A DNA stretch of 64,000 nucleotides from Acidimicrobiia bacterium (GCA_041576165.1 JBFGLM010000026.1:1-64000); one strand, 5' to 3'; shown: positions 47,919 to 56,716, counted from the first letter of the stretch. Notes: a model not told the origin generated them from the letters alone. Numbers and translations: made by a program.

Positions 47919-48636
47919 CGAACTCGACCTCTTCGCCCGGCGCGACGAGCCGGATGCCCTCGCCGAGCTGGCCCGACGTTACGACGACCTGGCCACCCGG
48001 CTGGCGCTGCGTTTCCGGGGTCGGGGCCAGTCTTTCGACGATCTTGCCCAGGTCGCCAGGCTGGGGCTCCTCAACGCCATCGACCGTTTCGACGTGGACC
48101 GGGGCGTGACCTTCGCCACTTTTGCAACCCGCACGATCGTGGGAGTCCTCAAACGTCACCTGCGGGACAAGGCGTGGGCGGTTCGAGTCCCGCGCGCTTT
48201 GCAGGAACGCTGGCTGGAAGTCAATCAGGCGGTCCAGGATCTCAGCCAGAAGCTGGGCAGATCACCGACGCTGCGTGAGATCGGAGCGGCCGTGAACCTG
48301 GATGTCGAGGATGTGATCGAAGCGCTCGAAGCAGGCGGGGCATTCAGCGCAAGCTCGGTCGACGCTCCTCCCGCCGCGGATGACGAGGGTTTGTCGCTGG
48401 CGGACACATTGGGGGGAGAGGATCCGCTGTTCCAGCACAGTACGGATCGCGTCGCCCTCAGCGAGCTCATGGCGGGTCTCCCAGAACGTGAACGGTCGAT
48501 CCTCTACAAGCGCTTCTACGAAGGCAAGACCCAATCCGAAATCGCCGATGATCTCGCCATCTCACAAATGCACGTATCCCGCCTGCTCAGATCGACGCTC
48601 GCGACGTTGCGGGCGGGATTGGTCGGACAGGACTGA
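47911..48636 (+). CDS. SigB/SigF/SigG family RNA polymerase sigma factor
   Basis: DDLAQVARLGLLNAIDRFD, LKRHLRDKAW.VRVPR, TQSEIA..L.ISQMHVSRLL. Confidence 0.93.
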   Translation: MGDELDLFARRDEPDALAELARRYDDLATRLALRFRGRGQSFDDLAQVARLGLLNAIDRFDVDRGVTFATFATRTIVGVLKRHLRDKAWAVRVPRALQERWLEVNQAVQDLSQKLGRSPTLREIGAAVNLDVEDVIEALEAGGAFSASSVDAPPAADDEGLSLADTLGGEDPLFQHSTDRVALSELMAGLPERERSILYKRFYEGKTQSEIADDLAISQMHVSRLLRSTLATLRAGLVGQD

Positions 48637-48646
48637 CCAGTCTGCG

Positions 48647-49102
48647 TCAGCTCGGATCGGAGCGTGGAACAAACTCGGCCGCCACGCGCCACTTGGGTCC
48701 CCTGTGAACGACCATGACATCGGATAGACGCTCGGCGATTTCGAGTCCATACCCGCCTCGCCCGGGGACCACGTCGCGGGCCCCGGCTCCTTGATCTGAC
48801 ACTTCCACCCGGAGTCGGTTCTGGTGGATTCCGGCAGCGAGTTTCAGTGTGGCGCCGGGCCGTGACCCATGAATCACTGCGTTGGAAACAAGCTCGCTGA
48901 CGGCCAGCTCAGCTCGTTCCACCAGTTCGGTTGGTGAATCCTCAGCGACCCCTCGGATGAAACGGCGCGCGCGGCGAGGCGCCCAGCGATCTGCCCGCAG
49001 GGAGATCGTCTCGAGTGCAGCATGCTCGTCGGTTTGTCGAGTTTCACCAGAACACATCGAAGTGGTGCCGACCGGCGCTGTGCATTCGTGCGATGCCATC
49101 AT
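48647..49102 (-). CDS. RsbW-like ATP-binding protein (HATPase_c_2)
   Basis: ARRF, SELVSNAVIHG, VSDQGAG, GGYGL. Confidence 0.85.
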   Translation of the reverse strand: MMASHECTAPVGTTSMCSGETRQTDEHAALETISLRADRWAPRRARRFIRGVAEDSPTELVERAELAVSELVSNAVIHGSRPGATLKLAAGIHQNRLRVEVSDQGAGARDVVPGRGGYGLEIAERLSDVMVVHRGPKWRVAAEFVPRSDPS

Positions 49103-49143
49103 TGCCTCAACGTCGCTCTACGACCAAGTCTATTGCGATAGAT

Positions 49144-49169
49144 ATGCCCGCAGGTCCGGGATTCCAAAC
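49144..49169 (-). promoter_or_regulatory. SigB/SigF-type promoter
   Basis: GTTT-N16-GGGCAT. Confidence 0.65.
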
Positions 49170-49197
49170 GTGGTGGGCGTTCTTCGGGAGTGTGGCG

Positions 49198-49223
49198 GTT
49201 TCGAACCCGATCGGCCAGGGTAG
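49198..49223 (+). promoter_or_regulatory. SigB/SigF-type promoter (mscS)
   Basis: GTTT-N16-GGGTAG. Confidence 0.75.
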
Positions 49224-49251
49224 GCCAGCAGCAAAGAAGGGGAGGACAAAC

Positions 49252-50091
49252 ATGCATATCGAACTGTCCCAAGCCACGCCCGACGTAAACGTCGAGAGTC
49301 TCCAGGAGTTGGGTGCCCTCACTCTGTCCGACTGGCTGTGGGCCGGCGGACTGATGCTGGGCTTTTTGCTGGCTGCCGTGCTGGTCCGGCGTGGAATCGT
49401 CAAAGCGCTCACCCCGAACGTGACGCCGTTCGTGGCAAAGCTCCTTGCGCGATTGGCCGGAGCCGTCGTGTTTTTGTTCGGGCTCGTGTACGCGTTGCAG
49501 CAGGTCGGTGTATCGATCGCCCCATTGCTTGGCGTTGCCGGCTTGTTCGGTTTGGCGCTGGCGTTTGCATTCCAGGAAGTGCTGGAGAACTTCATCGCCG
49601 GTGTCTTCATGTCGATTCGCCGTCCATTCTCAGACGGCGACGAGATCTCCACCGCCGGCTTCGAAGGGGTTGTCGAGGACATCCGGCTGCGGGCTGTCAC
49701 CCTGCGCACCTTCGACGGCGAGCGGGTGTATGTGCCGAACGGCTCGGTATGGAGGAACCCGATCGTCAACCACACCGAGTACGACACTCGCCGTACGACC
49801 CTCGAAGTTGGCGTCGCCTATGACGCCGATCTGGAGGCCGTGGGCGAGCTCCTGACAGAGACGCTGGCCGGCGTGCCCGGGGTGCATTCCGAACCGGCGC
49901 CGCAAGCGTATGCCTTCGAGTTCGGCGACTCGAGTATCAACTTTGCCCTCCGCTTCTGGCACGATGCGCCGATCGCATCGGTCTGGAGGGTCCGAGACGC
50001 GGTCACCAAGGCGGTGCATGACAAACTCGGCGAGGCCGGGATCGACATTCCCTTTCCCCAGCGGGTCGTCGAGCTCACCGGAGGTCAGTGA
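49252..50091 (+). CDS. mscS: Small-conductance mechanosensitive channel
   Basis: ALAFAFQEVLENFIAG, RPF..GD.I, VPN, FGDSSINF, IDIPFPQR. Confidence 0.9.
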   Translation: MHIELSQATPDVNVESLQELGALTLSDWLWAGGLMLGFLLAAVLVRRGIVKALTPNVTPFVAKLLARLAGAVVFLFGLVYALQQVGVSIAPLLGVAGLFGLALAFAFQEVLENFIAGVFMSIRRPFSDGDEISTAGFEGVVEDIRLRAVTLRTFDGERVYVPNGSVWRNPIVNHTEYDTRRTTLEVGVAYDADLEAVGELLTETLAGVPGVHSEPAPQAYAFEFGDSSINFALRFWHDAPIASVWRVRDAVTKAVHDKLGEAGIDIPFPQRVVELTGGQ

Positions 50092-50585
50092 GGATCGGGC
50101 TTGCGGTCGGCCCGTTGCATGTCCGAGGTCTCTGTTGCCACTCGTGGGAGATCGGAAGTGCACTGCGGACAGCGGGTGGCTTCGAGGTCGATGTGGGACA
50201 GGCAGTATGGACACGATTTGGTAGTGGGAGCAGGAGGGGTGTCGGTCCGCCGCAGGCGGTTGATCCATCGGATGAGAAAGAACAGGGCGGCGGCCACGAT
50301 CAAAAAGCTGATGATCTCGTTGAGGAGCCGCCCGTACGCCAGCACCGTTGCGCCGGCATCCTCCGCGGCTGCCAGTGTCTGGTAGGGCCCTGGCGGGTCC
50401 CCGGCGTCAAGGACGGCAAACCGATTGGAAAAGTCCAGGTCGCCGGTCAGCGTTCCAATGATCGGGGTCAAGACATCACCCACGACGGAATTGACTACCG
50501 CCGTGAAAGCAGCCCCGATGATGATGCCCACCGCCATGTCAACGACGTTGCCTTTGATGGCGAATTCTCTGAACTCCTGCAGCAC
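50085..50585 (-). CDS. mscL: Large-conductance mechanosensitive channel with C-terminal CxxC-CxxC
   Basis: EFREFAIKGNVVDMAVGIIIGAAF; CPYC...CPQC. Confidence 0.93.
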   Translation of the reverse strand: MLQEFREFAIKGNVVDMAVGIIIGAAFTAVVNSVVGDVLTPIIGTLTGDLDFSNRFAVLDAGDPPGPYQTLAAAEDAGATVLAYGRLLNEIISFLIVAAALFFLIRWINRLRRTDTPPAPTTKSCPYCLSHIDLEATRCPQCTSDLPRVATETSDMQRADRKPDPH

Positions 50586-50699
50586 ATGATCCTCCTCGCA
50601 CCCGGGCTTCGTCGAGCGGAGCTATGTGATCCGCGCCGGACCACGGAGCCCGATGCTGGACCCCACGGTCCGGCGCGACGTCTACTGTCGGCCGTCGTC

Positions 50700-50725
50700 G
50701 TACCCACCAGGGCTCACAGGCAAAC
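50700..50725 (-). promoter_or_regulatory. SigB/SigF-type promoter (mscL)
   Basis: GTTT-N16-GGGTAC. Confidence 0.75.
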
Positions 50726-50754
50726 GTGATTGCCGGCCGACCGGCGGGGCGAAT

Positions 50755-50779
50755 GTTTGCTGGAGCGGGCCATGGGTAG
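50755..50779 (+). promoter_or_regulatory. SigB/SigF-type promoter
   Basis: GTTT-N15-GGGTAG. Confidence 0.7.
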
Positions 50780-50807
50780 GAGTTCGGCATTCGACCAAGG
50801 AGATTGC

Positions 50808-51083
50808 GTGCAGAAGTTCATGTGGACGGCCCTGGTGGCGACTGCGAGCACAGCCGCCAGCTGGGCGGCCCGGAGGTTCGCCACCCTTTTCTGGGCCAAG
50901 GCGTACGACACCGACGCACCGCCGAACCCCGACGACGAGCAAGTCAGCTGGCCGGCGGCGCTCGTTTGGGCCAGCATTGCGGGCCTGTCAGCCGGCCTGG
51001 CCCGGGTGATCGGGCGTCGCGGCGCCGCCGCCGCGTGGAAGACGCTGACCAACGAACCGCCACCCGGAGTCACCACGGCGTGA
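50808..51083 (+). CDS. DUF4235-like protein
   Basis: W......PPNPDD..VSW..AL.WA...G....AR....RGAA..W.....PP; AAGGAG RBS. Confidence 0.8.
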   Translation: MQKFMWTALVATASTAASWAARRFATLFWAKAYDTDAPPNPDDEQVSWPAALVWASIAGLSAGLARVIGRRGAAAAWKTLTNEPPPGVTTA

Positions 51084-51098
51084 CATCCCTATCAGATC

Positions 51099-51129
51099 AC
51101 AGCCCGGGCGGATCCGCCCGGGCTGTTTT
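51099..51129 (+). terminator. Intrinsic terminator
   Basis: ACAGCCCGGGCG-GATC-CGCCCGGGCTGT followed by TTT. Confidence 0.8.
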
Positions 51130-51235
51130 CGCGGCGTCAGGCAGCTCCCTCTCACCCGAGATCGTCGCTCGGTTGCACAACGAGACCAAGACGGACGGCA
51201 GCGCGGCTTGGTGCCGGGTCTGACATAGGCACGCA

Positions 51236-51266
51236 AGATCGCCTCCGGCTCGGCCGGAGGCGATCT
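51236..51266 (-). terminator. Terminator-like hairpin
   Basis: AGATCGCCTCCGGC-TCG-GCCGGAGGCGATCT. Confidence 0.75.
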
Positions 51267-51284
51267 CGTTCAGGCCTGCGATTG

Positions 51285-51869
51285 TCAGCTGCGCAGAATC
51301 GGGGTTGGTTCAGCGTGGGCGATGGCGGCGTTCACGCGAGCGTTGTAGGCGTCGCCCACTGCGCCCCCCGCGTAGCCACCTGCGAACATGGACAGAGCGC
51401 CGACGGCGGCCGCCAGCGCAGCCCCCAGGGCAACATCCTCGTTGTTCCACTGGGACACCCAGTCCGGCAGTTCGATCTGGGCGAACACGTTGTATTCCGC
51501 CCCCGCCCAGACACTGAGCGCACCGAACAGAACAACCAGAACCATCATCCACAGGGCCACGATCACGCCGTTCTTTCGCCCGTCAAATCGTGCCATGCGG
51601 GCGGCCACCCAGCCACCCACAAAGAACGACGCGAACAGCACGATCACTGCCGTAACGGCGCCGGCGAGGGAGAATTCCACGACGTTGCCGTCGACATCGA
51701 GCGTGTCGAGCTGGTAGGCGATGTTCCCAGCCCCGGCGGCGATCAGACCACCGAGCATCACGAGTGTCCCGATGGCGGCCAGCAGCCCCCCGATAGTTGC
51801 GGGGAAGTCGCCGCCGCCGTAGCGCTCCCAAATCTCTCGATAATCGGGGCTAGTACCAGGTGAAGTCAT
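51285..51869 (-). CDS. Membrane protein (four TM segments)
   Basis: YGG.D, GGWVAARMARFDG..NG, GG..GG..G..Y; GAGGTG RBS. Confidence 0.75.
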   Translation of the reverse strand: MTSPGTSPDYREIWERYGGGDFPATIGGLLAAIGTLVMLGGLIAAGAGNIAYQLDTLDVDGNVVEFSLAGAVTAVIVLFASFFVGGWVAARMARFDGRKNGVIVALWMMVLVVLFGALSVWAGAEYNVFAQIELPDWVSQWNNEDVALGAALAAAVGALSMFAGGYAGGAVGDAYNARVNAAIAHAEPTPILRS

Positions 51870-51908
51870 CGAACACCTCTCTCTTTCTCATCGGTTGCTG
51901 CGGACGTG

Positions 51909-52268
51909 TCAGGTCAGGAGCCAGTCGTGGGCCACGCCGTAATGGTCGTGAACCTGGCGAGTCCACTCTGGGTCGGAGAAGTCCGGCCATGCGTCCTTGT
52001 CGAAGCCGGGCGCAGCCCGCAACGCCTCCGCGTCGAGGTCGATGATGAGCGAGTGATCGGCTTGATCCACCCGGACCGCGTCCCACGGGACAGCGAAGAG
52101 CTTGTCGCCGAATCCGAGAAAGCCGCCGTAGGAGACGACGACGTATGCCACGCGTCCAGTCACCAAATCGATCATGACTTCCTTGACATCGGCAATGTGC
52201 TCGCCTTGTGGATTCTTCACGGGATCGGATGTGATGCTCCCGCTGGAAAGAATGCGGCGATATTCCAT
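51909..52268 (-). CDS. PRC-barrel domain protein
   Basis: V.N..GE.I..V...MID...GRVAYVVVSYGGFLGFGDKLFAVPW, APGFDKD.WP; AAGGAGG RBS. Confidence 0.92.
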   Translation of the reverse strand: MEYRRILSSGSITSDPVKNPQGEHIADVKEVMIDLVTGRVAYVVVSYGGFLGFGDKLFAVPWDAVRVDQADHSLIIDLDAEALRAAPGFDKDAWPDFSDPEWTRQVHDHYGVAHDWLLT

Positions 52269-52324
52269 GAGCACCTCCTTGAACATGACACCAGGCGGTG
52301 TCGCCTTCGGTTGGTCCTTGCTAT

Positions 52325-52350
52325 GTACCCGGCGAGCTCCCGCGCCAAAC
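52325..52350 (-). promoter_or_regulatory. SigB/SigF-type promoter (PRC-barrel gene)
   Basis: GTTT-N16-GGGTAC. Confidence 0.75.
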
Positions 52351-52412
52351 AACGATGCCGCCAAACAACGATGCAAAGCCCGCGGCCTGCTCCGCTCTGC
52401 CGGCTGCACGAT

Positions 52413-52438
52413 GTTTGAGCACGATCCCCGGCGGGTAC
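52413..52438 (+). promoter_or_regulatory. SigB/SigF-type promoter (microprotein gene)
   Basis: GTTT-N16-GGGTAC. Confidence 0.75.
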
Positions 52439-52473
52439 ACCCCCCCGGGTAACAGTCGTCAAATGGAGGCACC

Positions 52474-52533
52474 ATGTACATCGGCATCGGCACTCTGCTG
52501 TTGATCGTCCTCATCCTCATCCTCGTTACGTGA
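52474..52533 (+). CDS. 19-aa hydrophobic microprotein MYIGIGTLLLIVLILILVT
   Basis: Own translation; GGAGG RBS at 52465-52469, upstream promoter, single TM helix. Confidence 0.7.
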   Translation: MYIGIGTLLLIVLILILVT

Positions 52534-52614
52534 AATCACCTCAACGGGCCGGCCTGGATCTCTCCCTCCCTTCCCGTCCCGGCCGGCCCGTTGACGCGCC
52601 TAACGGAGGTAGTC

Positions 52615-52863
52615 ATGGCAAAGGACCACGGACCCACCATCAAGAACGACGCTCAATACGAGGCGCTGCGGGACAAAGGCATGAGCAAGGAAGCCGCCGC
52701 GCGAATCGCCAACTCGCCGGACGCCTCATCTCGTGGAGGCGAGCAACCGCCCTATGAGGATTGGACGAAAGACGAGCTCTATGCGCGAGCGCAAGAGCTG
52801 GACATAGGCGGGCGGTCCGACATGACCAAAGATCAGCTGATCGAAGCGCTCCGATCCCGCTGA
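52615..52863 (+). CDS. Small stress protein with Rho N-terminal-like domain
   Basis: YEALRDKGMSKEAAARIAN, YEDWTKDELY.RA..L.I.GRS.M.K..LI.AL; GGAGG RBS. Confidence 0.85.
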   Translation: MAKDHGPTIKNDAQYEALRDKGMSKEAAARIANSPDASSRGGEQPPYEDWTKDELYARAQELDIGGRSDMTKDQLIEALRSR

Positions 52864-52888
52864 CGGCTGGGTCCCGAGGCCATGGGGC

Positions 52889-53908
52889 TCAACTGCGACG
52901 GCGCCCGAACCACCCCAGAATGAGACCAACGCCGAAAGCGAGGACACCCGTCTCCAATCCTGAGCGGTTCGAATGCTCGCGTGATGCCGGCTCCGCCATA
53001 TGTCGGAACGGCTCGGTCGGCCTCCGGTGCTCCCGCACGCTCGGCTGGAAAACGTCCCCGTATTCCAGGTAATCCGCATAGACCTTGGTGACCTCGGCCC
53101 CAAACAGATATACCGTCCACATCAGGTTGAAGAAGAACAGCAGGACGGCGAGGCCGCCGAGGGCGCCCAGCGTGCCGGACGAGCCGAACCGGGATAGGTA
53201 TACACCGACCACGTACGCTGCGCCCAGCGCCACCAGCGCGGTTGCGATGCCGCCCCGGATGGCCGCCTTCCAGGGGATCTCAACCACGGTCAGCGACTGA
53301 AAGGTCAACCCGACCAGCGCCATCAAGAGGATCACCGAGATCAGGGGCACACCCAGCTGCAGGACCGGCCCGACCCAAGAGATGGACTCAGGCAGAAGCG
53401 ACACAACCGAGCTGACCGCGGCAACCGCACCGATCGGGATGAACGCCAGGACGGCCAGTACCACCGCCGATACGAGCGCGATTCCTCGCCGGATCAGCCA
53501 CCCGGCGACTCCGCTCCGTTTCTCTTTCTCCGGCACATGGAACACAACACCCAGCACGGCCTGCACCTGCTGGAAGATGCCCGACGCCGAGTACGCTGCG
53601 AGCACCAGACCGATCGACAACGCGCCGCCCCGCTGCTCCGTCACGGTGGCCACGAGGTCGCCGATGATCGATCCCACCTCCTGGCCGGCGACCTGGGTGA
53701 CCTGGTCGATGAGCTCGGTGACCGCGGCCGGGTCCGAAAACACGAAGCCGGCGATGGCCACGAGCAAGAACAGGAGTGGAACCAGCGAGAAGATCGTGTA
53801 GTAGCTCAGGCCGGCAGCCAGCCGGGCGGCATGGTCGTATCCGTACTCCTTGCCGGCAGCCTTGATGATGTCGATAACCCGCCGGTGCAGAGGCGTGAGG
53901 GTCTGCAT
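52889..53908 (-). CDS. YihY/BrkB family membrane protein
   Basis: AAGLSYYTIFSL.P, GALGG, LFGAE. Confidence 0.88.
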   Translation of the reverse strand: MQTLTPLHRRVIDIIKAAGKEYGYDHAARLAAGLSYYTIFSLVPLLFLLVAIAGFVFSDPAAVTELIDQVTQVAGQEVGSIIGDLVATVTEQRGGALSIGLVLAAYSASGIFQQVQAVLGVVFHVPEKEKRSGVAGWLIRRGIALVSAVVLAVLAFIPIGAVAAVSSVVSLLPESISWVGPVLQLGVPLISVILLMALVGLTFQSLTVVEIPWKAAIRGGIATALVALGAAYVVGVYLSRFGSSGTLGALGGLAVLLFFFNLMWTVYLFGAEVTKVYADYLEYGDVFQPSVREHRRPTEPFRHMAEPASREHSNRSGLETGVLAFGVGLILGWFGRRRS

Positions 53909-53950
53909 GACGTGCGAGCGTAATCAGCCTCGCCGCCCTCTCCGAGGCGG

Positions 53951-55075
53951 TTAGAAGCGGGGGATGGCCACCAACGCGTGGCTGTCCACCGGACCACCCA
54001 ATAGCGAGATCCGCCCGGAGGTCAGCAACACATTGGCAACGACGCGGTCGAGCAAATCGACTGACCCCGGTGCATGTTCGAGCATCAATTCCACCGATCT
54101 GCGATCCGGGTCATGCCGGCCCCACATGGGCTCGGTGGCGACGTCGATCAGCAGCTCATCGATGCGACCCTCCGTGGCAGCGTGCAAGGCGGCTTCGATC
54201 TCGGTGATGCCCCGACGCCGCCCGATGGCCTCGCGGGCACGTTCGGCTGCGTCGTCCCGACGCCGGGTGCGGAGGGCCTCGATAGTCGGGACGGCGATCT
54301 CGACGATTTTGTCGGGCGAGGTCGCAGGATCGAGGCTCGGGGCCGGGATCACCGTATGGTCGAGGAGACCAGACAAGTCGGCGATGAGATGGTCGGTCCC
54401 GAACACCAGCAGCGGTTGATCGGCGGTACGCAACGGAGCCCGGATCGCCTGAGCGATTGCATCCAGGTATCGCCGCAGATCAGCCTCGGCCAGCTGCGAC
54501 GGATCGTGCCCGTGGACTCCGCCGTGGGCCCCCGGTCGCTGCGGACGCCGCTGCAGCTGGGCCTCCCGATCCATGAACCAGTTCGCATCCTCGACAGAAG
54601 CGGGCAGATCGACCTCCACCGGCCGGGCCACCTCGTGTTCGATCTCGTAGAAGCGGGCGCCATGTCGGGTCACGACCAGCGCCGGCAGGCGGATGGCATC
54701 GTGCACCGCCAGCAACGGACGAATGTGGAAGCGGTCGCCGACCACGACTCGCTCCGGCAGCTCTGCCGGGACAGACACCTCAACAGTGCCGGCCTCGGGT
54801 GCGCAGAACAGAGCCAAACCGCGATCACGGTGCTGCCAAAAGGAAGGATCATCCAGGCGTTCCATGGGGCCTGCGAGTACGGATGCCCGACAACACCGGT
54901 CCGCGCCAAGGGCTTCGAGTGCGGCAGCCGCCGCATCGATGGAATTCTTGAGCCTGATCGGATCTTGCTCGGTCTCGGGGTATCGCCGGTGGGTTGGCAG
55001 GTGAATCGAAACCGAGAACGGGCCGCTGTGGCGGGCCAGGTCTGCCAGTGTGTCACGGACTGCAGTTGCGATCAT
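53951..55075 (-). CDS. Bacterial archaeo-eukaryotic release factor family (baeRF3/7-like) protein
   Basis: VSIHLPTHR, QDPIRLKN, FW....GLALF, VGDRFHIRPL, AA.EGRID.L, DLLD......G. Confidence 0.7.
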   Translation of the reverse strand: MIATAVRDTLADLARHSGPFSVSIHLPTHRRYPETEQDPIRLKNSIDAAAAALEALGADRCCRASVLAGPMERLDDPSFWQHRDRGLALFCAPEAGTVEVSVPAELPERVVVGDRFHIRPLLAVHDAIRLPALVVTRHGARFYEIEHEVARPVEVDLPASVEDANWFMDREAQLQRRPQRPGAHGGVHGHDPSQLAEADLRRYLDAIAQAIRAPLRTADQPLLVFGTDHLIADLSGLLDHTVIPAPSLDPATSPDKIVEIAVPTIEALRTRRRDDAAERAREAIGRRRGITEIEAALHAATEGRIDELLIDVATEPMWGRHDPDRRSVELMLEHAPGSVDLLDRVVANVLLTSGRISLLGGPVDSHALVAIPRF

Positions 55076-55319
55076 CGTGCTCCTCACTCGTCAGCTTGGT
55101 TCTGAGCCATCGACTGGTGGATTGCGAAGTGTGGGTTCTGCCTCCTCGTTGGCGCGGCGGACGGGCATGGATGCTCGGCGGGCTGGGCGGCACGGACGGC
55201 GGCAGCCGAGCGGAGGTGAACCTGGCTGTTGAACTCTGCGTCCACTGCCCCCAGCATCAGCCGCGCGGCTCGCCTCGTCAAGGGCAAGGCGGCCCTGAAA
55301 TCGGGACCGGCGCATGCGG

Positions 55320-56312
55320 TCATGGCAGATCCCAGCCAGCTGCTCCGGCCACCCAGTCCCATAAGTGGCGACGGCGCTCAGCAGTGTCGGTTTTCCGGGT
55401 CGAGGTCAGCTTGTGAATCTCTCGAACCTGCCGATCGAGCCAGAATTCCCCATTCGTCGCCAGCGGAGGGCCGTCGTCTGCGGCCAGCCACACGAGGGTG
55501 TCGGCCCCCTGAGCGGGTGAGCGGAGGAAGGGTCCGAGCATGTTGTGAAAGCGGGGTAATGCAGCTTCCACCCCAGGAGTGTCGGCCCAACCCGGGTGCA
55601 ACGCGTGGAAATGCACACCCGAACGGGCAGTTCGTTCCGCCCACATTTGGTTGAGGGTCACCTGGGCCCGCTTGGCGCGGGCATACTGCTCGGCGCCGCG
55701 ATACGACGACTCGTCCATCTGTAGCTTCGATACGGTCAGACCGACCGTGTACATGCCGCCAGAGGACATCGTGAGGACCCGGGATGGAGCGCTCGATTGC
55801 AGCCGCTCCCATAGAAGTCCGGTGAGGAGAAACGGCGCTACGACCTGAACTGCCGTGGTCAACTCCAACCCGTTGGGCGCAGTGCGGCGCTCGTTGCTGA
55901 GAGCCCCGGCGTTGTGGATCAGAACGTCGAGGCGAGGATGGCCCTCGCTGATTTGATGAGCGGCCTTCCGGACGGCGTCGAAATCGGCGAGATCGGCCAG
56001 CACATGTGAAACGGCAGAGTTACCCGACGACTCGACGAGTTCATCCTGCACGCTCCTGGTCTTTGCGGGGTCCCGGGCCACCAGCACCACCTCCGCCCCC
56101 AGTCGCGCGAATTGGGCGGCGGCCGCTTTCCCCAGCCCCGACGTCGGCCCGGTTATGGCGATCACCCGGCCGGTCAGATCGTACGATTCGAGGCTCTGCC
56201 AATCATGCAGGCGTCGCCGGGCGAGGTAGCCGAGGTTGGTGAACGACGTGATGACGGGGACTTCGAGCATACGATCGATCACGGCCGCCACGTTGCTCAA
56301 TGTCTGAACCAT
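55320..56312 (-). CDS. SDR oxidoreductase (DHRS12-like)
   Basis: TGPTSGLG, HNAG, SSGGMY, YARAKRAQ, HPGWADTPGV. Confidence 0.9.
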   Translation of the reverse strand: MVQTLSNVAAVIDRMLEVPVITSFTNLGYLARRRLHDWQSLESYDLTGRVIAITGPTSGLGKAAAAQFARLGAEVVLVARDPAKTRSVQDELVESSGNSAVSHVLADLADFDAVRKAAHQISEGHPRLDVLIHNAGALSNERRTAPNGLELTTAVQVVAPFLLTGLLWERLQSSAPSRVLTMSSGGMYTVGLTVSKLQMDESSYRGAEQYARAKRAQVTLNQMWAERTARSGVHFHALHPGWADTPGVEAALPRFHNMLGPFLRSPAQGADTLVWLAADDGPPLATNGEFWLDRQVREIHKLTSTRKTDTAERRRHLWDWVAGAAGWDLP

Positions 56313-56378
56313 CCCCGCAAGTGAGAGTCCCGTAAGCCTAGGCAGGCTGCTGGCCTTTGGCCGGGGGAAATCGGGCCG

Positions 56379-56404
56379 GTTTCGAGACCAACAAATCTGG
56401 GTAT
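56379..56404 (+). promoter_or_regulatory. SigB/SigF-type promoter (metallothionein-like gene)
   Basis: GTTT-N16-GGGTAT, a perfect consensus match. Confidence 0.8.
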
Positions 56405-56433
56405 TCGTCTGGGGACTACCAAGGGAGATGCTC

Positions 56434-56673
56434 ATGCAGTGCGCCCACGAAATATGCACATGCGAGACACCAGAGGAAGCGCCCTTCTGCGACCCTGCGT
56501 GCCGTGATCAAGGCGATGCCAAAGCCTGCGCTTGTGGTCATGACACATGTGAGAATGCCGTGATCGAGCCTGATCTACCGGTCGACGTCGAAGCATTCGA
56601 TCCACACACGCTGGGCGAAGCCGTCAAGGCGCCCTTTGTGACGCCAAAAGCGGATCCGCCCGCACCGGCCTGA
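56434..56673 (+). CDS. Bacterial metallothionein-like protein with acidic/Pro-rich tail
   Basis: CAHEICTC...FCDPAC...CACGHDTC: 8 Cys and 2 His in the first 39 aa. Confidence 0.7.
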   Translation: MQCAHEICTCETPEEAPFCDPACRDQGDAKACACGHDTCENAVIEPDLPVDVEAFDPHTLGEAVKAPFVTPKADPPAPA

Positions 56674-56716
56674 AAGACGCGTCGCCAACCGCCCAGGGTC
56701 CCCCACCTAGGTTCGA

